Below are positions 121,027 through 130,950 of a stretch of 248,000 bases of DNA, piece after piece. The position numbers were made by a program, and so were the translations under genes. Each line of letters begins with the position of its first letter. Position 1 is the stretch's first letter. The stretch comes from Hyalangium minutum (GTDB lineage: Bacteria > Myxococcota > Myxococcia > Myxococcales > Myxococcaceae), in the NCBI RefSeq assembly GCF_000737315.1, contig NZ_JMCB01000006.1, positions 20,001-268,000 on the forward strand, given 5' to 3'. The notes beneath the pieces were generated by a model. The model was not told the origin of the DNA, did no database searches, and saw only the letters and a list, made by a program, of their open reading frames with translations.

Positions 121027-121338
121027 ATGGACAAGCTCAAGACAGTGCTCCTCTTCACGCTCGTGGGCGGGCTGATCGGCAACGTGGTGGCCACCTTCAC
121101 GAACCGCAGCTACCAGGTGTGGAACAACACCACGCCGCTGGCCACGGAGACGAAGTGCAACCTGCCGCAGGTGGTGCACGACGTCACCACGGAGCTCATC
121201 CACGCCCAGGCCCTCGGCGCGGGCATCGGCGCGCTCGTCTTCCTGGTGCTGGGCATCGTCTTCGTCCAGGCCCGCGCCAAGAAGCAGCGCGCCACCCCGC
121301 CCGCGCCCCCGGCCGCGCCCACGCCCACGGCGGGCTGA
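121027..121338 (+). CDS. Small two-TM protein
   Basis: RBS-like gaggt upstream; two TMs. Confidence 0.55.
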   Translation: MDKLKTVLLFTLVGGLIGNVVATFTNRSYQVWNNTTPLATETKCNLPQVVHDVTTELIHAQALGAGIGALVFLVLGIVFVQARAKKQRATPPAPPAAPTPTAG

Positions 121339-121342
121339 GCCT

Positions 121343-121726
121343 CTACGGGCGCGGGTGGACCTGGACCGTCGTCGAGCCGCTCAGCGAGGAGCCCTCTCCG
121401 TCGCGGATGTTCACCCTGAGCAGGAAGCTCGTCACTTTGGTGACCTCGGGCGCGATCCAGGTCGGCTCCCCCACCTCGGGGTTGCTGTACGTCCCCGCGG
121501 GCTCCGACGGCGACTGGATCCACCGGTAGCGCAGCTCATCCCCATCCTCGTCCGTCACCACCAGGTGCATCTGCACCTCGGTCCCGGAGACCACGTCCTT
121601 CATGGAAGGCTCGGGGCCCGCGGAGACGATGGGATTGTGGTTGGGAGGCCCGTAGCCACACCCCGTCCCCAGCACTCCCAGCAGCAGCAGCGACGCACCA
121701 CCCCGATGCGAGAAGAACGATTTCAT
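121343..121726 (-). CDS. Lipoprotein with PKD/Ig-like domain
   Basis: Lipobox GTGC; DEDGDELRYRW. Confidence 0.65.
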   Translation of the reverse strand: MKSFFSHRGGASLLLLGVLGTGCGYGPPNHNPIVSAGPEPSMKDVVSGTEVQMHLVVTDEDGDELRYRWIQSPSEPAGTYSNPEVGEPTWIAPEVTKVTSFLLRVNIRDGEGSSLSGSTTVQVHPRP

Positions 121727-121811
121727 GAGAGCCGGCCCTCCAGCGCGGTGAGTAGGAGCCGCACTTTAGTGCCTGCCCCCCACCCCCGCATCTGCCTCCG
121801 GGCAGGGGATG

Positions 121812-123188
121812 TCACGCCAGCAGCAACTCGACCGTGAAGCGCGCCCCGCCCTCCGGGCGGTTCTCCGCGCGCAGCGAGCCTCCGAAGGTCTCCACGTACT
121901 CGCGCGAGAGCGCCAACCCCAGCCCCGTCCCCTTCCCCTGTGCCTTGGTGGTGAAGAAGGGCGTGAAGAGCCGCGACAGGTGCTCCGGCGGGAAGCCCGG
122001 CCCATTGTCCTCGAGGACCAGGTGCACCCGCTCCTCTCGCGGCTGAACCCTCAGCGCCACCCGAGGGCCTTTCACCCCAGTGTCCTCCAGCGCGTCCGCC
122101 GCGTTGAGCAGCAGGTTGAGCAGCACCTGGCCCAGCCGCCGCGCATCCGCGCGCACCAGCGGCATCGCGGGAGGCACCTCCACCTTCACCTCCAGCCGCT
122201 TCAGCCGCACCGAGGCCAGCCGCATGCTCTCCTCAATGACGGTGGAGAGCTGGCAGTTGCCCACCTCCCTCGGCGTGGGCTCCGCGTCGCCGCGCGCCAG
122301 CGCCGTCAGGTCCTGGACGATTTGCTGGATGCGCACCACGCCCGCCTGCGTCTCGTTCACCACCTCCAGCCAGTCCGCCATGGGCCGGCTCTGCTGACGC
122401 GGCAGCTCGTCCGCCAGGAAGCCCAGGTTGGCCTGGATGAAGGCCAGCGGGTTGTTCACCTCGTGGGCCACGCCCGCCGCCAGCCGGCCCACCTGCACCA
122501 GCCGATCCACCTCCTGAGCGCGCGTCTGCGTGGCCGCCAGCGCCTCCTGCGCCACTTGCCGGTGGGCCTCCGCGTCCGCGCGGGCCTGCTTCATCCGCGC
122601 GTAGAAGTACGAGGCCTGAACCGCCACCATTCCCGAGGCGGTGATGAGCAGCCCCCACAGCACGAGGAGGGAGGCGGAGCGGCCCTCCAGCACCAGCACC
122701 CCGAGCGCCGTCACCAGGCTGGCGGCCGCGCTCAGCAGGGAGCGGTACAGCACCCCCATTGACAGGGCCATGCCCAGCAGGGGCAGCGCGCAGAACCACG
122801 CGAACACGGGGCTCTGGCTGCCGCCCAGCCGCCAGATGATCCACGCCACGAACACCTGCGGCAGCACCAGCCCGGTGATGGACCAGCCCACCGTGCCCCG
122901 GTACCGGGCCTGGATGTGCCGCAGCCCCCAGAACGTCAGCAGCGTCAGCAGCATCCAGAGGAGCCGGATGGCCAGCGTGTCCCACCGCGCCTGCTGCGAC
123001 GCGAGTATGTCCACCGCCCAGAAGGGCAGGTTCGACATCGCCATCCACACCACCGCCCGCTGCTTCTGCCGCGCCACGGTGTCACGGGGAGTGGAGCCGG
123101 TGGGTTCGCGGGAGAGGCCGCGCCCTTCGACCGGAGGGACTTGTTTCAAGAGAAACTCACTTCTCGGCCATTCCAGGAAGACTGGCAA
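121812..123188 (-). CDS. Membrane sensor histidine kinase
   Basis: Five to six TMs; AHEVNNP; FFTTK. Confidence 0.85.
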   Translation of the reverse strand: MPVFLEWPRSEFLLKQVPPVEGRGLSREPTGSTPRDTVARQKQRAVVWMAMSNLPFWAVDILASQQARWDTLAIRLLWMLLTLLTFWGLRHIQARYRGTVGWSITGLVLPQVFVAWIIWRLGGSQSPVFAWFCALPLLGMALSMGVLYRSLLSAAASLVTALGVLVLEGRSASLLVLWGLLITASGMVAVQASYFYARMKQARADAEAHRQVAQEALAATQTRAQEVDRLVQVGRLAAGVAHEVNNPLAFIQANLGFLADELPRQQSRPMADWLEVVNETQAGVVRIQQIVQDLTALARGDAEPTPREVGNCQLSTVIEESMRLASVRLKRLEVKVEVPPAMPLVRADARRLGQVLLNLLLNAADALEDTGVKGPRVALRVQPREERVHLVLEDNGPGFPPEHLSRLFTPFFTTKAQGKGTGLGLALSREYVETFGGSLRAENRPEGGARFTVELLLA

Positions 123189-123241
123189 AAATCCAATCCC
123201 ATGGATCCGCGAGACCCGTCAAGTCTCTGAAATCACGGCCG

Positions 123242-123583
123242 TCAGGCCACCGGGCGGCCAATCAAGCGCAGCTTCTCGGCGCGAGTCAGCCGCTTGAGGG
123301 CGGCCTCCCGGCGCAGGGCGGTACCCCGGTCTTCGGCGGGCTCGCTCCACACCAGCTTCACGGGGAGGCGGGCCCGCGTGTACGCGGCCCCCTTGCCTCG
123401 CCCGTGCGTGGCGAGCCGACGCTCCAGGTTGTTGGTGGCGCCGGTGTACAGCGTCCCATCACGGCAGCGCAGCATGTAGACGGTCCAACAGCTGGGGGCG
123501 TCCGGCACGCGCGCCACTGTACCGCAACCGCGCGGAGCTTCAGTGGCCGTAGGCCTGGCGCCCCCAGTCCACAGGAGGGCCAC
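123242..123583 (-). CDS. GIY-YIG nuclease family protein (YhbQ-like)
   Basis: VYMLRC.DG.LYTG.T, RRLATH, REAALK. Confidence 0.82.
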   Translation of the reverse strand: MALLWTGGARPTATEAPRGCGTVARVPDAPSCWTVYMLRCRDGTLYTGATNNLERRLATHGRGKGAAYTRARLPVKLVWSEPAEDRGTALRREAALKRLTRAEKLRLIGRPVA

Positions 123584-123809
123584 ACTCCTCCATCACCTCG
123601 GAAACCCGGAGGAGTGGGTCCACTTCCCAAGCTTCGAGAATCCGTGCCTCGCTGATCAGCCCGAGGAGCGTTCCCTTCTCCTCCACGACCGGAAGAAGGC
123701 GCACTTGGTGACGTTCCATCACCCTTAGGGCACACAGCAGGGTATCTGTGGGCAAAACGGTGACAGTCCCCGGTACTGCCGCTTCCTCGCTCGTTCCATG
123801 CTGCTGCAT
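123540..123809 (-). CDS. CBS domain protein
   Basis: LRVMERHQVRLLPVV...GLIS. Confidence 0.65.
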   Translation of the reverse strand: MQQHGTSEEAAVPGTVTVLPTDTLLCALRVMERHQVRLLPVVEEKGTLLGLISEARILEAWEVDPLLRVSEVMEECGPPVDWGRQAYGH

Positions 123810-123922
123810 CTCGAACCTCCCTGGCCTCAGTCACGGGGGAGTAATGCAACCGGCCTGCCGAACCATGTGGGTGCTCACTTTTCGACAGAGCACCCAACGT
123901 GCCAGGGCGTTAGGCTGGCGGG

Positions 123923-124975
123923 GTGAGGCGAATCCAGACGCCGAGGCTGGTCCGCATGGCGGACCTCTTCTCCCGGGCGGTGAGCCGCAACGGCGAGGGG
124001 CTGCTGACATTGCCGTTCAAGCCGGACGAGCTGTACCGGGTGCCCACGGATGATGGAGCGGCCATTGCGTTGGGGCGCTACCACGCGCGGGGGCAGCGCC
124101 GGTACGCCGAGCCCGTCATCCTCTGCCATGGGCTGGGCGCCAACCGCTTCCACATGGACTTCGACGAGCGCTACAGCCTGGCCCGGTACCTGGCGCGCGC
124201 GGGCTTCGAGACGTGGGTGATGGAGCTGCGCGGGCGGGGGTTGGCGGGGCCAGCGTCAGACTTTACGTTTGATGATCAGGCCGAGCACGACGTGCGCGCG
124301 GCCATCCGCACGGTGGTGTCCACGGGCCCGAAGCAGGTGCTCTGGGTGGGGCACTCCAAGGGCGGGCTCACCTTATATGGGCACCTGGCGCGCAACCCGC
124401 AGGCGCCGGTGCGCGCGGCGGCCACGCTGGGGGCGCCGTTCACCTTCGCGGTGCAGCCGGGCCTGCGCATCTTCATGAGCAAGATCGAGCCGCTGCTGCG
124501 GCTCAGGAGCATCCCCACCCGGCGGATTACAGGCATCGCCGTGCTCGGCGCGCCGCCGGGGCCAATGACGCGCTACATGATGTTGGCCGACAACATGGAG
124601 CCGGACGTGGTGCGCAAGGCGATGGCCAACGTGCCCGCCGACATCGCCGGGGGCGTAGTGCGGCAGTTCGCCCGGTGGATTACCACGCACAGCTTCACCT
124701 CGTATGACGGGAGCTTCGACTACCAGGTGCCGCTGTCCGAGGTGCGCACGCCCTTCCTGCTGCTGGCGGGGAGCCGGGACTTGCTGGCGCCGCCGCTGGC
124801 GGTGGCTCGGGCGAAGGAGCACCTCGGCGGGCCGGTGAAGCTCGTGGTCGCGGGCCGGGCGCACGGCTTCGCGGAGGACTACGGGCACGCGGACCTGGTG
124901 CTGGGCCGCCGCGCGCCGGACGAAATCTTCCCGCTGGTGGAGACGTTCCTCTCCGCGAACGCGACGCGCGCCTGA
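123923..124975 (+). CDS. Alpha/beta hydrolase (PhaC-like/lipase)
   Basis: CHGLGAN, GHSKGG, YGHADL. Confidence 0.8.
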   Translation: MRRIQTPRLVRMADLFSRAVSRNGEGLLTLPFKPDELYRVPTDDGAAIALGRYHARGQRRYAEPVILCHGLGANRFHMDFDERYSLARYLARAGFETWVMELRGRGLAGPASDFTFDDQAEHDVRAAIRTVVSTGPKQVLWVGHSKGGLTLYGHLARNPQAPVRAAATLGAPFTFAVQPGLRIFMSKIEPLLRLRSIPTRRITGIAVLGAPPGPMTRYMMLADNMEPDVVRKAMANVPADIAGGVVRQFARWITTHSFTSYDGSFDYQVPLSEVRTPFLLLAGSRDLLAPPLAVARAKEHLGGPVKLVVAGRAHGFAEDYGHADLVLGRRAPDEIFPLVETFLSANATRA

Positions 124976-125034
124976 CGCCTCGTGGCACCGGTTGTCCAGG
125001 CCCGCTCGCCGTGCTAGCCCGAGCGCCCGCCTCC

Positions 125035-126057
125035 ATGCCTTCTGCCCTTCGCTCCCTGCTTCTGCTCACGCTGCCGCTGGTGGCGTGCGAGCGCGCGCCC
125101 GCCCCGGGACGCGCCGAGGTGGACGTGCGCCACACGCGCGAGGAAGCCGGCACTCCGGTGGCGCGCTGGCAGGGGGACATGCTCACCGCCGAGGCGCTGG
125201 AGCAGCGCTTCCTGGAGATGAGCCCCGCCCTGCGCGAGCGCTACCAGACGCCCGAGGCCAAGCGCGAGTACGTGGAGAGCGTGGCCCGCTTCGAGCTGCT
125301 GGCGCGCGAGGCGCTCGAGCGGGGGCTGCAGAATGACCCCGAGGTGCTGGCCAGCTTCAAGCGGGCCCTGGTGAGCCGGTTGACCCGCCAGCAGCTGGAG
125401 AAGGCCGACGTCACGGTGACCGACGCCGAGGTGGCCGAGGCCTATGCGAAGGAGCGGGACAGCTTCTCGCGGCCCGCCCAGGTGCGCCTGTCGCACGTCT
125501 TCCTGGCGGCGCCTCGCGGAGATGCGGCCCGGGTGGCCACGGTTCGTGCCCGAGCCGAGGCGCTGATGAAGCAGATCCGCGCGCTGCCTCCCGCTGACTT
125601 CAAGTCCTTCGGGCAGGTGGCCCGGGAGCAGAGCGAGGAGCCTCGCACCCAGCCGCTGGATGGGGACATGCGCTTCCTCTCCGACGAGGCGCTCGCTCGC
125701 GCGTATGGCCCCGAGGTGCTCGCGGCGGCACGTGAGCTGAAAGAGTCGGGCGATGTGGTGGGGCCGGTGCAGACAGAGCAGGGCTTCCACCTCCTCAAGC
125801 TGAACGGACGGCTGCCCGCGGTGGACCTCTCCTTGGAGGAGGTACGCGAGCAGCTCACCCAGCGGCTTCGAGGCCTGAAGCAGAACCGAGCCTGGGCGGA
125901 CTTCCTGGAGGGCTTGGAGCGCCGCCAGGGGCTCTCCGTGGACGCGGCAGCGCTGGCGCGGGTGCCGGTGGACATGTCCGCGCCCATGCGTGCGCCCTTG
126001 GGGCCGCTGCCGGGGACGGTGCCCGCCCCCTATGCCTCTGAGGGGGAAATGCCATGA
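125035..126057 (+). CDS. PpiC-type peptidyl-prolyl isomerase lipoprotein
   Basis: Lipobox LVAC; SHVFL; GPVQTEQGFHL. Confidence 0.8.
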   Translation: MPSALRSLLLLTLPLVACERAPAPGRAEVDVRHTREEAGTPVARWQGDMLTAEALEQRFLEMSPALRERYQTPEAKREYVESVARFELLAREALERGLQNDPEVLASFKRALVSRLTRQQLEKADVTVTDAEVAEAYAKERDSFSRPAQVRLSHVFLAAPRGDAARVATVRARAEALMKQIRALPPADFKSFGQVAREQSEEPRTQPLDGDMRFLSDEALARAYGPEVLAAARELKESGDVVGPVQTEQGFHLLKLNGRLPAVDLSLEEVREQLTQRLRGLKQNRAWADFLEGLERRQGLSVDAAALARVPVDMSAPMRAPLGPLPGTVPAPYASEGEMP

Positions 126058-126131
126058 AGGCTACCTTGCCGGGCGCTCAGGCGTGGGCCACCGTTGCCCT
126101 TCTCTCGCGTCCCTCGTAGAGGAGAGCTTGC

Positions 126132-127130
126132 ATGCGCCCCTTTCCTACCCGCACTTCTCCGCTCCTCCTCGTGACCCTGGCGCTCGGCACCCTGGGCGCG
126201 GTGGGCTGCAACAAGCCGCCCGAGGCGGAGCCCGATGCCAACGTGGTGGCCACGGTGAATGGCGAGGGGGTGCGCCGCGCCGACTTCGAACAGGAGCTGA
126301 CGCGGGAGCTGTCCTCCTCCGAGGGCCCCGAGCTCACGCCCGAGGAGGTAGAGCCCTTCAAGCGGGCGCTGCTGGACAGCATCGTGAAGCGGCTGCTGCT
126401 GTTGCAGGAGGCGAAGCAGCACAACATCACCGTGACGCCGGAGGAGGTGGACCGGCAGATGCTGCGGCTGACGGGCGACTACCCCACGGACAGCTTCAGC
126501 GACGCGCTGGCACAGGGGCAGCTGTCGCTGGCCGAGCTGCGGGCGCGCGAGTCCCAGCGGCTCATCATCGAGAAGCTCTTCGCGAACCACGTGTACGCGC
126601 GCGTGGCGGTGACGGAGGAGGAGCTGCGCGCGTACTTCACGGCCCACGAGGCGGAGTTCCAGGAGCCGGAGGAGGTCCACGCGGCGCAGTTGGTGGTGAA
126701 GGGGCTGGACGAGGCCAAGCGGGTGCAGGCACTGCTGAAATCGGGGAAGAAGTTCGCGGATCTGGCGCGGCGCTACTCGCTGAGCGCGGACGCGAAGGTG
126801 GGCGGGGACTTGGGGTTCTTCCCGCGTGGGCAGATGCCGAAGGCGTTCGATGACGTGGTGTTCAACATGCGGCCGGGACAGGTGTCGGACGTGGTGTCCA
126901 CGGAGTACGGCTTCCACCTGTTCAAGGTCATCGAGTTCAAGCCGGGCCGGAAGCGGGACCTCGCGGAGGTGCGAGGGCAGATCGAGGCGCGCATCGTGAT
127001 GCTCAAGCAGTCCGAGGCGCAGGAGGCCTTCGAGAAGGAACTGCAGGAGAAGGCCAAAATCTGGGTGAACGAGGCAGCACTGCAGACCATCCGTGGCAAG
127101 CCTGTGCCGCAGGCCCCGGCGGCGGAGTAG
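126132..127130 (+). CDS. PpiC-type peptidyl-prolyl isomerase lipoprotein
   Basis: FADLARRYS, GGDLGFF, TEYGFHL. Confidence 0.85.
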   Translation: MRPFPTRTSPLLLVTLALGTLGAVGCNKPPEAEPDANVVATVNGEGVRRADFEQELTRELSSSEGPELTPEEVEPFKRALLDSIVKRLLLLQEAKQHNITVTPEEVDRQMLRLTGDYPTDSFSDALAQGQLSLAELRARESQRLIIEKLFANHVYARVAVTEEELRAYFTAHEAEFQEPEEVHAAQLVVKGLDEAKRVQALLKSGKKFADLARRYSLSADAKVGGDLGFFPRGQMPKAFDDVVFNMRPGQVSDVVSTEYGFHLFKVIEFKPGRKRDLAEVRGQIEARIVMLKQSEAQEAFEKELQEKAKIWVNEAALQTIRGKPVPQAPAAE

Positions 127131-127179
127131 AACAGAGTTCGAGCCCCGGCAGGGCCTGGGGCGCATCCGAGGGATTGAG

Positions 127180-128145
127180 ATGAAGACGTGGCTGGGAGTC
127201 ATCGCGGTGGCCGTGCTGGTGGTGGCGGGGGCGGCGCGCGCGGAGCTGGTGGACAAGGTGGCGGCGGTGGTGAACCGCGACATCATCGCACTGTCCGAGG
127301 TGCAGCAGCGGGCCTCGCCGGAGCTGGCGCGGCTGACGGAGCGGGATCCGCGCAAGCGCACCGAGCAGCGCAACCAGGTGATGAAGCTGGCGCTGGACCA
127401 GCTCATCGCGGAGAAGCTGGTGGAGGCGGAGGTGAAGGAGCTGGGGTTGACGTCCTCGGCCTCGGAGATCGACGAGGCGATGGCGGACGTGCAGCGGCAG
127501 AACAGCATCACGGATCCGGCGCAGTTCGAGCAGTTGCTGGCGCGCGAGGGCTACACGCTGAAGACCTACAAGGAGTTCCTCGGCAAGCAGATTGCGCGCG
127601 GCAAGCTCATGCAGCTGAAGGTGTCGTCGAAGATCAAGGTGTCCGAGGAGGACCTGAAGGCGGCCTACGCGCAGTACGCGAAGAACGAGGGCGAGGACGT
127701 GGAGGTGCACGCGCGGCACATCCTGGTGTCGGTGGATCCGAAGGCGACGCCGGAGGAGGTGGAGGCGGCGCGGAAGAAGGCGCTGACCATCATGGAGGAG
127801 GCGCGGCGGCCGGGGATGGACTTCTCGTCGCTGGCGAAGGCGCGCAGCGAGGGCCCGAGCAAGGAGGACGGTGGAGACCTGGGCTTCTTCCGGCGCGGAG
127901 TGATGGTGCCGGCGTTCGAGAAGGCGGCGTTCTCGCTGAAGGAGGGCGAGGTGAGCGAGCCAATCCGCACCAACTTTGGATGGCACGTGCTGAAGGTGGA
128001 GGAGCGGCGAGCGGTGGGGGTGGCGGACTACGAGGAGCTGCGGCCGAAGCTGGAGATGCAGCTGCGGCAACAGAAGACGGAGAAGTTCGTCGACCAGTAC
128101 GTGCAGGAGCTGAAGAAGAAGGCCGTCATCGAGGTGAAGCTCTGA
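127180..128145 (+). CDS. SurA-like peptidyl-prolyl isomerase
   Basis: DKVAAVVN, ARHIL, GGDLGF, TNFGWH; upstream of pdxA. Confidence 0.85.
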   Translation: MKTWLGVIAVAVLVVAGAARAELVDKVAAVVNRDIIALSEVQQRASPELARLTERDPRKRTEQRNQVMKLALDQLIAEKLVEAEVKELGLTSSASEIDEAMADVQRQNSITDPAQFEQLLAREGYTLKTYKEFLGKQIARGKLMQLKVSSKIKVSEEDLKAAYAQYAKNEGEDVEVHARHILVSVDPKATPEEVEAARKKALTIMEEARRPGMDFSSLAKARSEGPSKEDGGDLGFFRRGVMVPAFEKAAFSLKEGEVSEPIRTNFGWHVLKVEERRAVGVADYEELRPKLEMQLRQQKTEKFVDQYVQELKKKAVIEVKL

Positions 128146-128156
128146 GCACCCAGCAT

Positions 128157-129131
128157 GTGCCGGTGGTGGGTATCTCCCTGGGCGATGTGTCCGGCATCGG
128201 CCCAGAGGTGACGGCAGCGGCGCTGGCGCTGCCTCGGGTGCGCCGGGAGCTGGTGCCAGTGGTGTTCGGAGACGGCCCCACGCTGGCGCGCTTTCCGATC
128301 TTCAAGAAGTACGCGCGCGCCACTCCGGAGACACTGAGCCGGGCCACGGGCCCCACCGTGTGCGAGGTATCCACGCTGGCCGAGAAGGATCGCCGGCCGG
128401 GCAAGCCCTCCGCGGCAGGAGGGCGCGCCCAGTACACTTATGTGACGGCGGCCATCGAGGCCGCGCGCGCCGGGCACGTCGATGCGCTGTGCACAGCACC
128501 GGTGTCCAAGGAGCAGATTTCCCGCGCGGGGATTCCCTTCATGGGACACACCGAGGTGCTGGCAGAGGCATTCGGCGTCGAGGTGCTGATGCTGATGGAT
128601 GGGCCTCGGGTGCGCATCGCACTGGCCACCAACCACGTGCCCGTGTCCGCGCTGCCCCAGCTGCTGACGGTGGAGAAGCTCACGGAGCAGCTCGTGCTGC
128701 TGTCGCGAGAGCTGAAGCCCGTGGTGGGACGCCGCCCGCGCATCGCGGTGCTGGGCCTCAATCCCCACGCGGGCGAGGGCGGGCTCTTGGGGCGCGAGGA
128801 AGTGGAGATCATCTCTCCCGCCATCCAGCAAGCCCGGAAGGCGCGGGTGGATGCGCACGGACCGATTCCCGCGGATGGCCTGTTCGCGCGGCCGGATGAC
128901 ATCCCCTACGACGCGGTGCTGGCCATGTACCACGACCAGGGCCTCATCCCCGCCAAGGCCCTGGACTTCGAGCGCACCGTGAACGTGACGCTGGGACTCC
129001 CGGTGCCTCGCACGTCGCCAGACCACGGCACCGCGTACTCGCTCGCGGGCACGGGCAAGGCCAGCCGCGTGCCCATGGTGGAGGCGCTGCTCAAGGCAGC
129101 GCTCCTGGCTCGGGCCAGGCTCAGAAGATGA
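128157..129131 (+). CDS. pdxA: 4-hydroxythreonine-4-phosphate dehydrogenase
   Basis: GDVSGIGPE, GHTE, NPHAGE, MYHDQG, RTSPDHGTA. Confidence 0.92.
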   Translation: MPVVGISLGDVSGIGPEVTAAALALPRVRRELVPVVFGDGPTLARFPIFKKYARATPETLSRATGPTVCEVSTLAEKDRRPGKPSAAGGRAQYTYVTAAIEAARAGHVDALCTAPVSKEQISRAGIPFMGHTEVLAEAFGVEVLMLMDGPRVRIALATNHVPVSALPQLLTVEKLTEQLVLLSRELKPVVGRRPRIAVLGLNPHAGEGGLLGREEVEIISPAIQQARKARVDAHGPIPADGLFARPDDIPYDAVLAMYHDQGLIPAKALDFERTVNVTLGLPVPRTSPDHGTAYSLAGTGKASRVPMVEALLKAALLARARLRR

Positions 129132-130746
129132 AGGGGAAGCGGATCGCCCCCATCTGAGTCCGGTGCTTCGGGAACTTCCACCCGCGCACCACGTCTTCGA
129201 CGCAGGTCGCCAGCGCGGTCCCCTTCAACGCCTTCGTCTCCATCGTGGCCTGCTGGGTGGAGCCGCTCGGCAGGATGAACCACCGCACCATGAACTTGCC
129301 CCCGCTCAGCCCGGGGATCGCCTCCTTGTGCCGCTGGATGCAAGAGGAGATGGCCGGCTGGTTCGCGATCACCACCTGCTGGATGTCATCGGGCGCGAGC
129401 GTCTCCGGGAGGTTCGCGTCCGGATCCGGAGGAACCCACACCGACTTCACACGCGTGGACTCCGGCTTCTTCTGGATCGCATCCTTCGTGAAGCCCAGCT
129501 TCCGCGCGAACTCCTCGTCGAACTCGGAGCCGTCATCGGCTTCGCTCTGTGGCGCCGGAGGAGGCTCAGCCTTCGCCACCACCGGAGCACGTGTCTCCTG
129601 CGGCGGCTGAAGCACCGGAAGCTCTTCCTCCTCGGCATCCTCTAGGGACGGGTCCTCGAGCTGGCGCCGAGCCTCCACGGCCGGAGCCCTCCGCGCTTGG
129701 ACCTTCTCACGTGACGGGAGCGCCTCGGCCTTCACGGAGGTGCCCACCGGCCCCGGGCTTCGCGACACCGAGGCCCCGGCCTTGTCACCGGGAACCACCG
129801 CCCCCGGAACAGGCACCGGCACGGCGTGCGCGATCGACGCGGCCTCCAGCGAAGTCTTGGGCTCGGGGATTGACGCGGCCTGAGCCACGGCTCCAGCAGC
129901 GGGCTCCGCCTGTGGCGCGGGCACCGGCGCGGGAGGTGTCGGCTCACGCGTGGCCACCGCCCTCCCGGGAACCACCGGTCCCGGCACCGCCTCCACAGTC
130001 CCGTTCGCCACCGAGACCCAGTCCGCGACGAGCCGCCCCGGCTCGCGCGGGAGCGGCGAGTCCTTCACGACGAGCACAGGCTCCAGAACCGCCGCAGCAG
130101 CCACCGTGGCCACTGTGCCCGCGGGTGCATAGGCGGCCATCACCTGCGCCCGGTCCGGCAGGCTGTCTCGCGTCATCCAGAGCATCGCCGCGACGAATGC
130201 GCTCGCAGCGCTCACCCCCGTCAGGGCTCCCACCATCAGCCACGGCGCGCGGCTCGGCGCCGCAGGAGCGGGAGCCACAGGGAGGTTCCTCCCCTGCTGC
130301 ATCAGGTGCGGCGCCATGGCCAACCCCGGCAAGGGCGCAGGCAGCGGAGCCCACGGGGCCTCCAGACGGGACGGATCCACAGGCGAAGCAGGACCCAGCT
130401 CGGGTTCCGGCTTCACCCTCAGGTGCTCTGGGACTTCACACGCCGTGCTCTCGATGTCCTGAGCGTTCTCCGCGGACGGCTCCACCGCGGGCTTCCCGCG
130501 CAGCCACTGCTCCTCTTCAGCCGCCAGCGCGAGCACGCTCTGCAGACGCTCCGCGGGCTTCTCCGTCTCAGGCGCAGGCTTCGCCTCCACCGGAAGCTGG
130601 GCGGACAGCTCCCGATCCAGATACGCATCCAGCTCCGCGTCGAGTGCCTCGTGCACATCTCCTGAGACACCGCTGCCGTGATGTTCCTTCCACGCCGCGC
130701 CTTGGACGGAGAGCGGATCCGTCCGCTCCGTTGGATTCTCGACCAC
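129121..130746 (-). CDS. AgmX/PglI C-terminal domain protein (TonB-C-like, Pro-rich)
   Basis: TM plus low-complexity stalk, then ..CVEDVVRGWKFP...IRFPFIF. Confidence 0.7.
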   Translation of the reverse strand: MVENPTERTDPLSVQGAAWKEHHGSGVSGDVHEALDAELDAYLDRELSAQLPVEAKPAPETEKPAERLQSVLALAAEEEQWLRGKPAVEPSAENAQDIESTACEVPEHLRVKPEPELGPASPVDPSRLEAPWAPLPAPLPGLAMAPHLMQQGRNLPVAPAPAAPSRAPWLMVGALTGVSAASAFVAAMLWMTRDSLPDRAQVMAAYAPAGTVATVAAAAVLEPVLVVKDSPLPREPGRLVADWVSVANGTVEAVPGPVVPGRAVATREPTPPAPVPAPQAEPAAGAVAQAASIPEPKTSLEAASIAHAVPVPVPGAVVPGDKAGASVSRSPGPVGTSVKAEALPSREKVQARRAPAVEARRQLEDPSLEDAEEEELPVLQPPQETRAPVVAKAEPPPAPQSEADDGSEFDEEFARKLGFTKDAIQKKPESTRVKSVWVPPDPDANLPETLAPDDIQQVVIANQPAISSCIQRHKEAIPGLSGGKFMVRWFILPSGSTQQATMETKALKGTALATCVEDVVRGWKFPKHRTQMGAIRFPFIF

Positions 130747-130950
130747 GCCCCACCCCCTGGCCCAACCCGATAAAGCTGCCCAAAGCTAGGCAGTCTCACG
130801 GGCCATGCCACCCGGATGTTCACCAGCGGGCAGTGGCTCCTTCCGCTAACAGGCACTGCATCCCTAGAGCGTCGCGTGCCACGCAGCAGGACCCGCTCCC
130901 AAGGGTGTAGGCCCTTCTTCTCGCAACACGGCCGCCCATCTCGTGCCGGA

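Noticed and set aside
123242-123583. GIY-YIG as a homing endonuclease or mobile element
   Set aside because: Short stand-alone YhbQ-type domain with no intron, intein or DNA-binding extension
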